Below are positions 49,811 to 62,334 of a stretch of DNA of 64,000 bases, piece after piece. How positions within the stretch are numbered: the stretch's first letter is position 1; each line of letters opens with the position of its first letter. This DNA is from Vitrella brassicaformis CCMP3155. Taxonomy: Eukaryota; Protista; Chromerida. The notes beneath the pieces are model-generated. The model was given only the letters and a program-made list of their open reading frames with translations, searched no databases and had not been told where the DNA came from. The position numbers and the translations under genes were made by a program. Location: contig CDMY01000228.1 in assembly GCA_001179505.1 (NCBI GenBank), forward strand, positions 96,184 to 160,183, read 5' to 3'.

Positions 49811-52800
49811 GTTATGACCGTGAGCCGCTTCAGGCGCTGATACAGTTCAGACAGCAGCACAGGAAGACCATCGACGGTCAGAAAAATGAGCAAACGAGAC
49901 ACACATCACTCCATCCATCCATCCATCTGTGTGTGATGCGCTTACTTGTGCAGGTCGTTTGTGCGCCGCGACGTTTGTCCGGTCGGGTCAGATTTTCACT
50001 GACTGCACGACGACGGCCACGCCCGAGTGGAACACAGGCAGAGAGTGGTGCTATGTCGAGGCCCAAGTCCAGCAGCCTGGCCAGCAGCCATGGTGAGTGA
50101 GCATCCCATCCATCACAGCCACACCACACGCATCAAATCAGTGTGTGTGTCTCTGATAAATGAATGTTTCAGGGCGTATTGCGCGCCTCGCATTGACTAT
50201 GACGCCGTCCGGTCGTTTGTGCGCGACGCCCTGACCACCAAGGCCGACCTCGCCCGCACACAGATCAACAAACTCACCGACGAGACAGCAGGACTCCAGG
50301 TGCGCTGCGCTGTGACATCACATCCAGCACACACACGTAACTAACGAAACGACACACCCATGTCTGTCTGTCTGTCTGTCTCCGTCAGGGTGAGTTGGAC
50401 CGCTACGCCAGTCTGTGTGGTGCGTCCCACGATGCGCTGCTGGGCCGCGTCGACCGGCTCGAGGGCGTCATCGGCAAGAGCCGCCACTGCCTCAACGACA
50501 TCAGCCAGGCCGCCGCCAAGATCGATCCACTCGCCGAGGCCATCGAGAGAGCCAAGGCGGACATCGCTCGCAACGAGGAGACGCTTCTCATGCAGCCAGA
50601 CAACTGCGAAGGACTACCGGGCTATGAAGGCAACACCACACACACACAAATCATCAGATGGATCGGTGAGTGAGTGTCTGTTTGTTGTGTGTCCCTTACC
50701 CACACACAGAGGACGGATTGCCCGACGGCCTTCGCGCGGCCTACTAAAATGGAGCGGCCTTCGACGGGCCGGCGGTCTACCGGGACGACCCCAACATCGA
50801 CTTCCAGTGGTTCGCCACACCGCCCGTCGATGGCGTGGCCGCCGAGCACTTCTCTGTCAGATGGGATGGATACGTCAAGGCGCCGCACACAGGCAACCAT
50901 CCACACATCCACACACACAGAGGGGAGAGAGGGGAGAGAGGGGGGACGACACCACATTCTGTCTGTCTGTCTGTCTGTGTGTGTTTTTAGGTTTCTACAC
51001 GTTCTCTGTTCGTGCTGACTGCGGGGCGAGACTGTTTCTGAACGAGAATGCCGTCTTGGTGGACCGCATGCCCTCGCCGGAGAGCCGCGAGGAGGCCACG
51101 AGCGACGAGCCCATCGACATCCTCGCCGACCACCCCATGGACGGCCCGCAGCTCACACGCACACCCTCATCTCAGCACCTCGTCGGCGGCAAGAAGTACA
51201 AAATCCGACTGGAGGCCTTCCACACACACCACCTACTGAGTGAGTGGGCTCTCCAGTGATAATGCGTCGGCGTGTGGCTGAGTGTGTGTCGTGTGTGCTG
51301 CTTCAGCTGAGCACACGGAGGATTCGGTGGTCCGGCTGTGGTGGCAGAGCGAGACCGTCCCCGAGAGCATCATCCCGCCCTCCGCACTCTTCAAATCAGA
51401 CGCACAAACGGCACTCAAAATCTCGGGGTGACCAAAGTGGATGGATGGATGGACAACACACACACACACACACACAGCCACGGCGAATGCTCTCTCTCTT
51501 ATGTGTGTGTGTGTGTAGTATCGACTCGCGTCGGTTCGAGATGACGTCTCTGCAGAACGGGGTCTCCGCCTTCGTGGGCGAGGCCTCGTTTGTCATTTCC
51601 GACCTGCCCGACTCGCTCGTCCACAAGCGGATGATGCGCACCAGCAGACTGCCGGACCCGAGTGCCTTCAACGTCAGCGTGTCGACGGCCGCCCGCATCT
51701 ATGTCGCCTTCCCCGCAGACAGACAGCTCCCACTCAAACCGTGCTCAACCAAACCGGTAAGTATGTCAGACACACACACACACAGACAGCCAACAGGTGA
51801 GCAAGTGTCTGTGTGTGTGTGGCAATGTCAGTTGGTCCGCGTGCATCGTCACCCCGACCTGTTGACGGTCCTCAAGACACAGCCCGGCGCAAAGCGGTGA
51901 GTGAGTTGAGGTGCGGCACATACATATCATATGATGTAGACGAGTGTTTGTGTCGGTGTCATGCAGGGCGTCGTCATCGGCTCTGTACGGTGTGTATTAC
52001 TTTGGTGTGGTCGAGGGCGGCACTGTCTGCCTCAAACCGATCACCGACCAGCAGACGAAGGACAACCCCACGCCCTTCTTCATCGCATTCGGTGCGAGAA
52101 ATGACTGACGGCCAACACACGACACACAAACATATATCTGTGTGTCTGTGTGTGTGTGTGCAGAGCAGGGTGTGAGTGAGAAGGAGAAGCTCTGCGGCGG
52201 ACCGACCGAAGTCCTCTCGCTACCGACATGTCAGTACACCACAACACACACACACACACTCTCTCTCTCTCTGCCACATCGCTCTCTGTCTCTGTGTGTG
52301 TGTCGATCAGCCACTGCCTTTGCGAGCGCCTCGGCATCCAGCGAGGTATACACACACACGACACACACACACGACACACAGACCATCACACAGACCATCC
52401 ATCCATCAATGTGTGTGTGTGCCTGTCCATGTCAGTTATCTCCTGAGTTCGGTGCCCTCTCGGGTGTGTCTGGTGTCCACGAGGACGCGGCCTTTGGCGT
52501 CTGGCGCACCGCCGGGAAGGAGACCACTCACCCGTGGCTGTCGGTGCGCTTTAAGAGGCCCGTCACTGCCACAGCCATCCGATACACACCCACCAGCGGC
52601 CCACAGCAGCCGCACAAACTCATCGTCGACTACCCAGGCCTCACCGACGTGCCGCCAGAGGTGCTGGCCGTCCCATCAGCCGCCCACCCGACCACAACAA
52701 CCGAGCTGCCCCTCGTCCACCCGGTGGTGTCGGCGGCCGTGAACATCAGCCTCGTGTTGGACGCCCCGCAGACCATCACGGGCGGCTCATTCGACGTGCT

Positions 52801-53906
52801 CGGCACACAGTGCGTCGAGGAGGACGAGACCCACGAGGTCGTCAGGGTGTCGGCCAGGGAACCCGACAAGAAACCGACAACGGTAAGTGACCCCCACACA
52901 CACAGAGAGAGTATTGATGAATGTGTGTGTGGTGGTGTGGTGGTGTGTTTGTGTCAGTCTGTGTACAACGTGTCGGTGTCATTCCAATCGGCGAGCGTCG
53001 TCCCGCCGCGCTCATACAAAATGGACAACGGCGCCAAAGTGAGCGAAAGAGCCACACACAATGACCATCCACACACATGGATGGATGGATGGATGTGTGT
53101 GTGTTAATAGGCCTCGGTGGGTGCTGAGTATGGGTGGGCTGAGCCGGCAGAGGACCGACTCGTCCAGTGCGGCGACAGCATGACGATGACGCGGCTGCCG
53201 CCGGGCATTGCCTTCCCGCCCTCACCCGACAGTGTGCTGTGCTTCACGGGCCAAGAGGACTGCAACCCCAACTCGTGGCACGCCAACCTCACACACAATG
53301 GTACGCACACACAGAACGACACACACGTTGATCAATGCATCGATCAATCGTTGTGTGGCCCGCAACACGTGCAGGTGTGTATGAGGTGGCCGTGCAGATC
53401 GGCACACTCTGCAAGACAGACGACCGTCAGCCAGCCAGCCAGCCAGCCAGTCACCTCACGACACACGAGTCCACGTGTGTGTGTGTGTGTGCAGGGGAGC
53501 GTCAGTACGATCTGCAGGTCAACGGCAAGCCGCTCGCCAGACACATAATCCTCAAGCCTGGCACCACCAAATGGGTCAGCCAGCAAAGCAAGGAATGCAC
53601 CGCACACACACGTCAGCCATTTGTGTGTGTGTGCAGCTATCGACTCGTGTCGAGGTGCGTGACCACAAGTTGGTCCTGACGGCCGACTGCATCGCCGCGG
53701 CGGGCGAGACGCCGGCAGAGGCCTGCAGACTCAGCCACACAACCATACAAAAGGTAACCAATCAGTGGACGGACGGACGGACGGATGGATGACACCACAT
53801 GAGTGTGTGAGTGTCTGTCTGTGTGTGCAAACAGGTCAAGGCGCGGTTGGTGTCGGAGGAAGAGGGACGGCACCAAGAGAGCACTATGGCAGCTGTCGTC
53901 GCGTGA
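49811..53906 (+). pseudogene. FN2-PA14 (FNPA/LAP5-like) gene, copy 1, with an in-frame TAA
   Basis: FN2-like QHRKTIDGRLCAATFVRSGQIFTDCTT...GREWCYVEAQ...WAYC, coiled coil, PA14, discoidin-like and galactose-binding-like regions. Codon TAA at 50745-50747 where copy 2 has TAC. No start codon or signal peptide resolved. Confidence 0.7.
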
Positions 53907-54294
53907 ATGAATAAATGGATGGATGAGTGTGTGAATGAACTCGTTGCAACGACAGGCAGCAAATGTGTGGTGGAGACCGACCAGTGAGTGAAGAGATTCG
54001 GTTGAGATTCCAGTTCATTACATAAGGAAGAGCCTCGTCTCAATTTGACACACTCCGTGCTCAATCAAAACACAAACTAACTGTGATATAAAATGTAGAC
54101 AGCGGTTACTTGTACACACAGGAACACAGAGTATCCGCTAGTATAATCCTGCATCGCGTCCCACAGCCCCTCCACCTTGGCCCCTTGCCGGGCCATCTCT
54201 TCCCGTTCCCATTCCCATCCTTGTCATCATCACCATTGATCCAGTCCTGCTGTGTCCGCCTCCCCGGCGGATTCAGAAACGACTCCCACTCCTC

Positions 54295-54543
54295 TCACGT
54301 GACACGCCCCCATGCTGATGCCGTGTCACGTGCTTCGGGCTGCCTGGATGAGGAGGGCAGCCCCTGCTCCCCCGCTGCCGACATGGCGTACGTCTCGCCT
54401 GAGGCTTCCCCATGCTGCTGCTCATCCATGTCTTCGTCCTCGTCGTCGTCTGAGTAGTACTCCCGTCGTCTGAGTAGTACTCCTTCATGGCCTCCCGCAG
54501 CCCCTGCACGTTGGCCTCTTGCCGGGCCATCCACGCCCCGAAG
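54295..54543 (-). pseudogene. Duplicated 3' end of the kinase-like gene, truncated by the gap
   Basis: Appears identical to 59339-59583 (FGAWMARQEANVQGLREAMKEYYSDD...). Confidence 0.6.
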
Positions 54544-54843
54544 NNNNNNNNNNNNNNNNNNNNNNNNNNNNNNNNNNNNNNNNNNNNNNNNNNNNNNNNN
54601 NNNNNNNNNNNNNNNNNNNNNNNNNNNNNNNNNNNNNNNNNNNNNNNNNNNNNNNNNNNNNNNNNNNNNNNNNNNNNNNNNNNNNNNNNNNNNNNNNNNN
54701 NNNNNNNNNNNNNNNNNNNNNNNNNNNNNNNNNNNNNNNNNNNNNNNNNNNNNNNNNNNNNNNNNNNNNNNNNNNNNNNNNNNNNNNNNNNNNNNNNNNN
54801 NNNNNNNNNNNNNNNNNNNNNNNNNNNNNNNNNNNNNNNNNNN
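54544..54843. other. Assembly gap (300 N) at the duplication junction
   Basis: Run of n. Confidence 1.
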
Positions 54844-57800
54844 GTGAGCCGCTTCAGGCGCTGATACAGTTCAGACAGCAGCACAGGAAGACCATCGACG
54901 GTCAGAAAAATGAGCAAACGAGACACACATCACTCCATCCATCCATCCATCTGTGTGTGATGCGCTTACTTGTGCAGGTCGTTTGTGCGCCGCGACGTTT
55001 GTCCGGTCGGGTCAGATTTTCACTGACTGCACGACGACGGCCACGCCCGAGTGGAACACAGGCAGAGAGTGGTGCTATGTCGAGGCCCAAGTCCAGCAGC
55101 CTGGCCAGCAGCCATGGTGAGTGAGCATCCCATCCATCACAGCCACACCACACGCATCAAATCAGTGTGTGTGTCTCTGATAAATGAATGTTTCAGGGCG
55201 TATTGCGCGCCTCGCATTGACTATGACGCCGTCCGGTCGTTTGTGCGCGACGCCCTGACCACCAAGGCCGACCTCGCCCGCACACAGATCAACAAACTCA
55301 CCGACGAGACAGCAGGACTCCAGGTGCGCTGCGCTGTGACATCACATCCAGCACACACACGTAACTAACGAAACGACACACCCATGTCTGTCTGTCTGTC
55401 TCCGTCAGGGTGAGTTGGACCGCTACGCCAGTCTGTGTGGTGCGTCCCACGATGCGCTGCTGGGCCGCGTCGACCGGCTCGAGGGCGTCATCGGCAAGAG
55501 CCGCCACTGCCTCAACGACATCAGCCAGGCCGCCGCCAAGATCGACTCACTCGCCGAGGCCACCGAGAGAGCCAAGGCGGACATCGCTCGCAACGAGGAG
55601 ACGCTTCTCATGCAGCCAGACAACTGCGAAGGACTACAGGGCTATGAAGGCAACACCACACACACACATAAATCAGATGGATCGGTGAGTGAGTGTCTGT
55701 TTGTTGTGTGTGTCCCTTGCCCACACACACACACACAGAGGATGCATTGCCCGACGGGCTTCGCGCGGCCTACTACAATGCAGCGGCCTTCGACGGGCCG
55801 GCGGTCTACCGGGACGACCCCAACATCGACTTCCAGTGGTTCGCCACACCGCCCGTCGATGGCGTGGCCGCCGAGCACTTCTCTGTCAGATGGGATGGAT
55901 ACGTCAAGGCGCCGCACACAGGCAACCATCCACATCCACACACACACAGGGAAGAGAGGGGAGAGAGGGGGGACGACACCACATTCTGTCTGTCTGTCTG
56001 TCTGTCTGTGTGTGTTTTTAGGTTTCTACACGTTCTCTGTTCGTGCTGACTGCGGGGCGCGACTCTTTCTGAACGAGAATGCCGTCTTGGTGGACCGTAT
56101 GCCCTCGCCGGAGAGCCGCGAGGAGGCCACGAGCGACGAGCCCATCGACATCCTCGCCGACCACCCCATGGACGGCCCGCAGCTCACACGCACACCCTCA
56201 CCTCAGCACCTCGTCGGCGGCAAGAAGTACAAGATCCGACTGGAGGCCTTCCACACACACCACCTACTCGGTAACTTACTGAGTGGGCCCTCCAGTGATT
56301 ATGCGTCGGCGTGTGGCTGAGTGTGTGTCGTGTGTGTTGCTTCAGCTGAGCACACGGAGGATTCGGTGGTCCGGCTGTGGTGGCAGAGCGAGACCGTCCC
56401 CGAGAGCATCATCCCGCCCTCTGCACTCTTCAAATCAGACGCACAAACGGCACTCAAAATCTCCGGGTGAGCAAAGTGGATCGATGGATGGACAACACAC
56501 ACACACACACAGCCACGGCGAATGCTCTCTCTCTTATGTGTGTGTGTGTGTAGTATCGACTCGCGTCGGTTCGAGATGACGTCTCTGCAGAACGGGGTCT
56601 CCGCCTTCGTGGGCGAGGCCTCGTTTGTCATTTCCGACCTGCCCGACTCGCTCGTCCACAAGCGGATGATGCGCACCAGCAGACTGCCGGACCCGAGTGC
56701 CTTCAACGTCAGCGTGTCGACGGCCGCCCGCATCTATGTCGCCTTCCCCGCAGACAGACAGCTCCCACTCAAACCGTGCTCAACCAAACCCGTAAGTCAC
56801 ACACACACACACAGACAGCCAACAGGTGAGCAAGTGTCTGTGTGTGCTGGTGTGTGTCAGTTGGTCCGCGTGCATCGTCACCCCGACCTGTTGACGGTCC
56901 TCAAGACACAGCCCGGCGCAAAGCGGTGAGTGAGTTGAGGTGCGGCACACACATATCATATGATGTAGACGAGTGTGTGTGTCGGTGTCATGCAGGGCGT
57001 CGTCATCGGCTCTGTACGGTGTGTATTACTTTGGTGTGGTCGAGGGCGGCACTGTCTGCCTCAAACCGATCACCGACCAGCAGACGAAGGACAACCCCAC
57101 GCCCTTCTTCATCGCATTCGGTGCGAGAAATGACTGACGGCCAACACACGACACACAAACATATATCTCTCTCTGTATGTGTGTATCGTGTGTGTGCAGA
57201 GCAGGGTGTGAGTGAGAAGGAGAAGCTCTGCGGCGGACCGACCGAAGTCCTCTCGCTACCAACATGTCAGCACACCACAACACACACACACACACACCCA
57301 CACTCTGCCACATCGCTCTCTCTGTCTCTGTGTGTGTGTCGATCGGCCACTGCCTTTGCGAGCGCCTCGGCATCCAGCGTGGTATACACACACACGACAC
57401 ACACACACGACACACAGACCATCACACAGACCATCCATCCATCAATGTGTGTGTGTGTCTGTCCATGTCAGTTGGCTCCCGAGTTCGGTGCCCTCTCGGG
57501 TGTGTCTGGTGTCCACGAGGACGCGGCCTTTGGCGTCTGGCGCACCGCCGGGAAGGAGACCACTCACCCGTGGCTGTCGGTGCGCTTTAAGAGGCCCGTC
57601 ACTGCCACAGCCATCCGGTACACACCCACCAGCGGCCCACAGCAGCCGCACAAACTCATCGTCGACTACCCAGGCCTCACCGACGTGCCGCCAGAGGTGC
57701 TGGCCGTCCCATCAGCCGCCCAGTCGACCACAACAACCGAGCTGCCCCTCGTCCATCCCGTGGTGTCGGCGGCCGTGAACATCAGCCTCGTGTTGGACGC

Positions 57801-58950
57801 CCCGCAGACCATCACGGGCGGCTCATTCGACGTGCTCGGCACACAGTGCGTCGAGGAGGACGAGACCCACGAGGTCGTCAGGGTGTCGGCCAGGGAACCC
57901 GACAAGAAACCGACAACGGTAAGTGACCCCCCCACACACAGAGAGAGTATTGATGAATGTGTGTTTGTGTGTCAGTCTGTGTACAACGTGTCGGTGTCAT
58001 TCCAATCGGCGAGTGTCGTCCCGCCGCGCTCATACAAAATGGACAACGGCGCCAAAGTGAGCGAAAGAGCCACACACAATGACCATCCACACACACACAT
58101 GGATGGATGGATGGATGGATGTTTGTGTGTATTGTGAGGCCTCGGTGGGTGCTGAGTATGGGTGGGCTGAGCCGGCAGAGGACCGACTCGCCAAGTGTGG
58201 GCTTTCTGACGGTGGCAACAGCATGACAATGACGCGGCTGCCGCTGGGCATTGCCTTCCCGCCCTTGCCCGACAGTGTGCTGTGCTTCACGGGCCAAGAG
58301 GACTGCAACCCCAACTCGTGGCACGCCAACCTCACACACAATGGTACGCACACACAGAATGACACACACGTTGATCAATGCATCGATCGTTGTGTGGCCC
58401 CCAACACGTGCAGGTGTGTATGAGGTGGCCGTGCAGATCGGCACACTCTGCAAGACAGACGACGGTCAGCCAGCCAGCCAGTCACCTCACGCCACACGAG
58501 TCCACATGTGTGTGTGTGTGTGTGTCTGTGTGTGCAGGGGAGCGTCAGTACGACCTGCAAGTCAACGGCAAGCCGCTCGCCAGACACATAATCCTCAAAC
58601 CTGGCACCACCAAATGGGTCAGCCAGCAAAGCAAGGAATGCACCGCACACACACGTCAGCCATTTGTGTGTGTGCAGCTGTCGACTCGTGTCGAGGTGCG
58701 TGACCACAAGTTGGTCCTGACGGCCGACTGCATCGCCGCGGCGGGCGAGACGCCGGCAGAGGCCTGCAGACTCAGCCACACAACCATACAAAAGGTAACC
58801 ACTCAGTGGACGGATGGATGGATGACAGCACACACGTCCACACGCGCCTCATGAGTGTCCGTCTGTGTGTGCAAACAGGTCAAGGCGCGGTTGGTGTCGG
58901 AGGAAGAGGGACGGCACCAAGAGAGCACTATGGCAGCTGTCGTCGCGTGA
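54844..58950 (+). CDS. FN2-PA14 (FNPA/LAP5-like) extracellular multidomain protein, copy 2, frame intact, 5' end in the gap
   Basis: Same exons as copy 1. PA14: GLRAAYYNAAAFDGPAVYRDDPNIDFQW...FSVRWDGYVKAPHT|GFYTFSVRADCGARLFLN...GGKKYKIRLE...VVRLWWQSETVPESIIPPSALF. Discoidin-like WRTAGKETTHPWLSVRFKRPVTATAIRY. Stop at 58948-58950. Confidence 0.8.
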
Positions 58951-59316
58951 ATGAATAAATGGATGGATGAGTGTGTGAATGAACTCGTTGCAACGACAGG
59001 CAGCAAATGTGTGGTGGAGACCGACCAGTGAGTGAAGAGATTCGGTTGAGATTCCAGTTCATTACATAAGGAAGAGCCTCGTCTCAATTTGACACACTCC
59101 GTGCTCAATCAAAACACAAACTAACTGTGATATAAAATGTAGACAGCGGTTACTTGTACACACAGGAACACAGAGTATCCGCTAGTATAATCCTGCATCG
59201 CGTCCCACAGCCCCTCCACCTTGGCCCCTTGCCGGGCCATCTCTTCCCGTTCCCATTCCCATCCTTGTCATCATCACCATTGATCCAGTCCTGCTGTGTC
59301 CGCCTCCCCGGCGGAT

Positions 59317-61729
59317 TCAGAAACGACTCCCACTCCTCTCACGTGACACGCCCCCATGCTGATGCCGTGTCACGTGCTTCGGGCTGCCTGGATGAGGAGG
59401 GCAGCCCCTGCTCCCCCGCTGCCGACATGGCGTACGTCTCGCCTGAGGCTTCCCCATGCTGCTGCTCATCCATGTCTTCGTCCTCGTCGTCGTCTGAGTA
59501 GTACTCCCGTCGTCTGAGTAGTACTCCTTCATGGCCTCCCGCAGCCCCTGCACGTTGGCCTCTTGCCGGGCCATCCACGCCCCGAAGTCGAAGCTCTCAT
59601 CAGGACTCCGAGGCGGTGGTGGGGCTGCCTCCTCCGTGGGGGAAAAACGAGGCGTCGGGGGCCCAGGTGGCGTGAGAAGAGAGCCTGCGGGTGGACTGGG
59701 CGGGGAGGGGGGGGGCGATACGAAGAGATGGCGGCGGTTGTGCTGTCGGGGGTCGACATGGGCATCGTTGGTGGCAGTTGTGTGGCATCACTGTCACTCA
59801 CATACGTCCTCAGTGTGTACCCTTACCATGGGGGCAAAGGCGGAAGACAGAGACACACAAAGAGAGACAGATATGGGCTGGATTGGGTCGCCATGCTGCC
59901 CATGCAGTGCGGGGGAGGGCTCACCTTCTGCACGATCGGATCGGATCGTGGCCAGGGAACCCCCGGCAGGTCTGGATGGCCAGAGGCGGGTGTGGCAGAC
60001 TCTTGGCTTTCTCTCGGCAAAGCAGCACGTCCAGCGCCTGTACGTATTAGCTTGTGTGGCACAAAAGCCAGGGCGGAAGGCTGGCTGTAAGGATGTTGTG
60101 GATGGCGAACCTGTGTAGAGTTCCATCTGCAGTCGGGCAGCAGGCTTGACATGGCGTTGATCATCTTGGTGGTCGGTGTGACGAAACCATAGTTGCCAAA
60201 TCGAGGAATGTGTGCCCTGTGTGTGTGTGTGTGTGTGTGTACCTGTTCTGGCGTGTCCTCCTGCACAGCCGACACACACATAGACAGAGAAAACTATGAG
60301 AGGCGCCCTCTCTCTCACTGTGTGCGTATGCATGTGTGAATATAGCCGACCTGATTGTAATGTGCAAAAGCCCCTTCACCATCGCAAGGAAATGTTTCTG
60401 GAAAGAAGGAAGCAGTGTCCCGCAGTCCTTGTGATACACACACGGTCAAACAACCGATCAGACATGCACATGCGTGTGAGTATGTGTATATGTACCTGAC
60501 GAACTTGATGAGGTCGCCCTCACTCGAGTATTCCATGAAGGTGTGACGAGTATCTGTGTGCACCCCTCGGTCTGCGTCATGGCCTCGGTGGCGCTTGAGG
60601 TGGTCAGTTTGACGGGGCTGCTGGATGTTTCGACACGTGGGCAGCCTGCAAACACATCCAAGAAAGGGTTGCCTGCTTGTGTAATATGTGAAATCGACTG
60701 CGTGTGTGTGTGTGCGAGTGTTGTGTGCACCCACCTGACGATGTTGTCGTGTTTGAGAGGCGACCAGTAGCCGACTTCCTCGTTCCACTGTTGAATGGCT
60801 TGGCTTTCTGCAGACACACCACACACACAGAGGTGGGAGGGCGGCCGGTGTGTGCTCTTTGTGGGCATGGTATCGACTCACGGGTTTCTGGCCTGACGTG
60901 AGTGATCTTGGCAGCCACCAGGTCGGCTGCACACACACAGGAACACACGAACACCATTTAGGCCAGATGCACTTGCGCACCCCACCCACACATGCATGTG
61001 GTTTGCTTACTCGGTGTATCTGTCAGCTTGGTGGCCACATGCACGTGACCGCCGCTCCCACACGAGAGAAACTGCATAGATGATACACAGATGACTGACA
61101 TACACGCCATCACTGTGTTTGTCAGTACGCACCATGCCGACTAGGTGTCCACCAGCAACGGCAACCCGTCGGAGTGACTTCGTCGTCTCGTTTGTCTTGA
61201 CGGTGAGCAGGCGCCGATAGGCGGCCATGAACACGTGCCATTTCTGATTGATTCGTCGACACACAGAAACAATCATGGACGGGGGCTCGATCTCTCCCTC
61301 CGTGTTTCTGCTGGCTTGCCTTGAGTTTCTCCTCGGCTTTCTCTCCGGTGGGTTGGCCGCCTGTCTGCGTGGGCGGATGGATGGATGGATGGATGCATCG
61401 ATGTCACATCATATATGGAAAGTGAATGGCGAGTGTGATTTCCACCCACCATTCCAGGTTGAAGTGATCCATCAGCCTGTCCCCTATCCGCTCCTCCCCA
61501 TACCTACACACAACACGGTACAGACAGATGCGATCCAGTCTGAGCTCGTCTCTGTGGCGCTCAGCTCACCTCTGATTAGGTAGCGCAGTTCGAGCAGCTC
61601 TCTCAGCATCTCTGCGGCGCCTTGGCGATCCTCGGTGTGGGGGACATTATCACTTGACGACCGGACCGGCACCCTCCACTTCGACGCTGCAGGCAGGGTG
61701 GGAGTAGGCAGCATGTGTACGCCCGCCAT
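59317..61729 (-). CDS. Divergent protein-kinase-like gene (probable pseudokinase), multi-exon
   Basis: Consecutive in-phase exons give FLSCGSGGHVHVATK...DLVAAKIT...QQWNEEVGYWSPLKHDNIVR|L...FMEYSSEGDLIKF and FLAMVKGLLHI. No HRD found; the DFG position may be NYG. The start and 5' exons are uncertain. Confidence 0.5.
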
Positions 61730-62334
61730 TGAACGCCGCCATTCCTGTGATGAGGAGAAAGGCCGGCTCGTGTGCTGAAAGTGTCTGCCGTGGATTCGTT
61801 CACCCCCTATCTCTGGAATGCGTTTTTTGCGGGAAACCGCAAACCAAGATTCGATTGATCGCGAAACCCGAACGGGGAGAAAAATGCAGGAAAACTTCTC
61901 GAGTAAATTAGGGTTTGTGGGGTTGTCGCGTCTCGCGCGAAAATCTCGTGGAACTTGCTTCCTTCTTCCGATTGTGTCTATTGTGTATCACCGCATCTTG
62001 CGAGAGTAATAGCGCTGCGGTCAGCTGCCCTGGATCCGTTTCCATGCTCAGCCAGTAGGCTCTTGCGATCTCATTCTTGGCAGACTCTGACTTAAGGTAC
62101 AGGTAAACGTAAATTTCCAGTGTCCCTCCGCTGCTCTCTCTCCTGTCATCCGACCGGGTGTGGATGCCCTTGTTCCTTTCTGCGCAGACCGAACTCTCAC
62201 GCTGAATCGTTAACGTCGCTCCTGCGATCCTTCCCGTTGCGGAAGGGTAGGCCGCTAACGAACTAGTTAACGCACGGAGGGAAACCCAACGAAAAATCAC
62301 CGAGCCACTCCCCCGCATTGGCCCTGAATCGACA

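Larger units (their letters stand above)
49816..59583. repeat. ~5.03 kb direct duplication (49816-54543 and 54844-59583) separated by a gap
   Basis: Offset 5024 at the left end and 5044 at the right end. The ends appear identical; the interior has SNPs and microsatellite-length differences. Confidence 0.95.

Noticed and set aside
50745-50747. TAA reassigned as a sense codon (alternative genetic code)
   Set aside because: TAA terminates PflA (9970) and SerA (18599) normally, and copy 2 has TAC here, so a nonsense change or a base-call error is simpler.
51230-51260. Apparent second inactivating deletion in FNPA-like copy 1
   Set aside because: Copy 1 has CTA CTG A|gtgagt, a good phase-1 donor equivalent to copy 2 CTA CTC G|gtaact. 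The difference is intronic and the frame is preserved.
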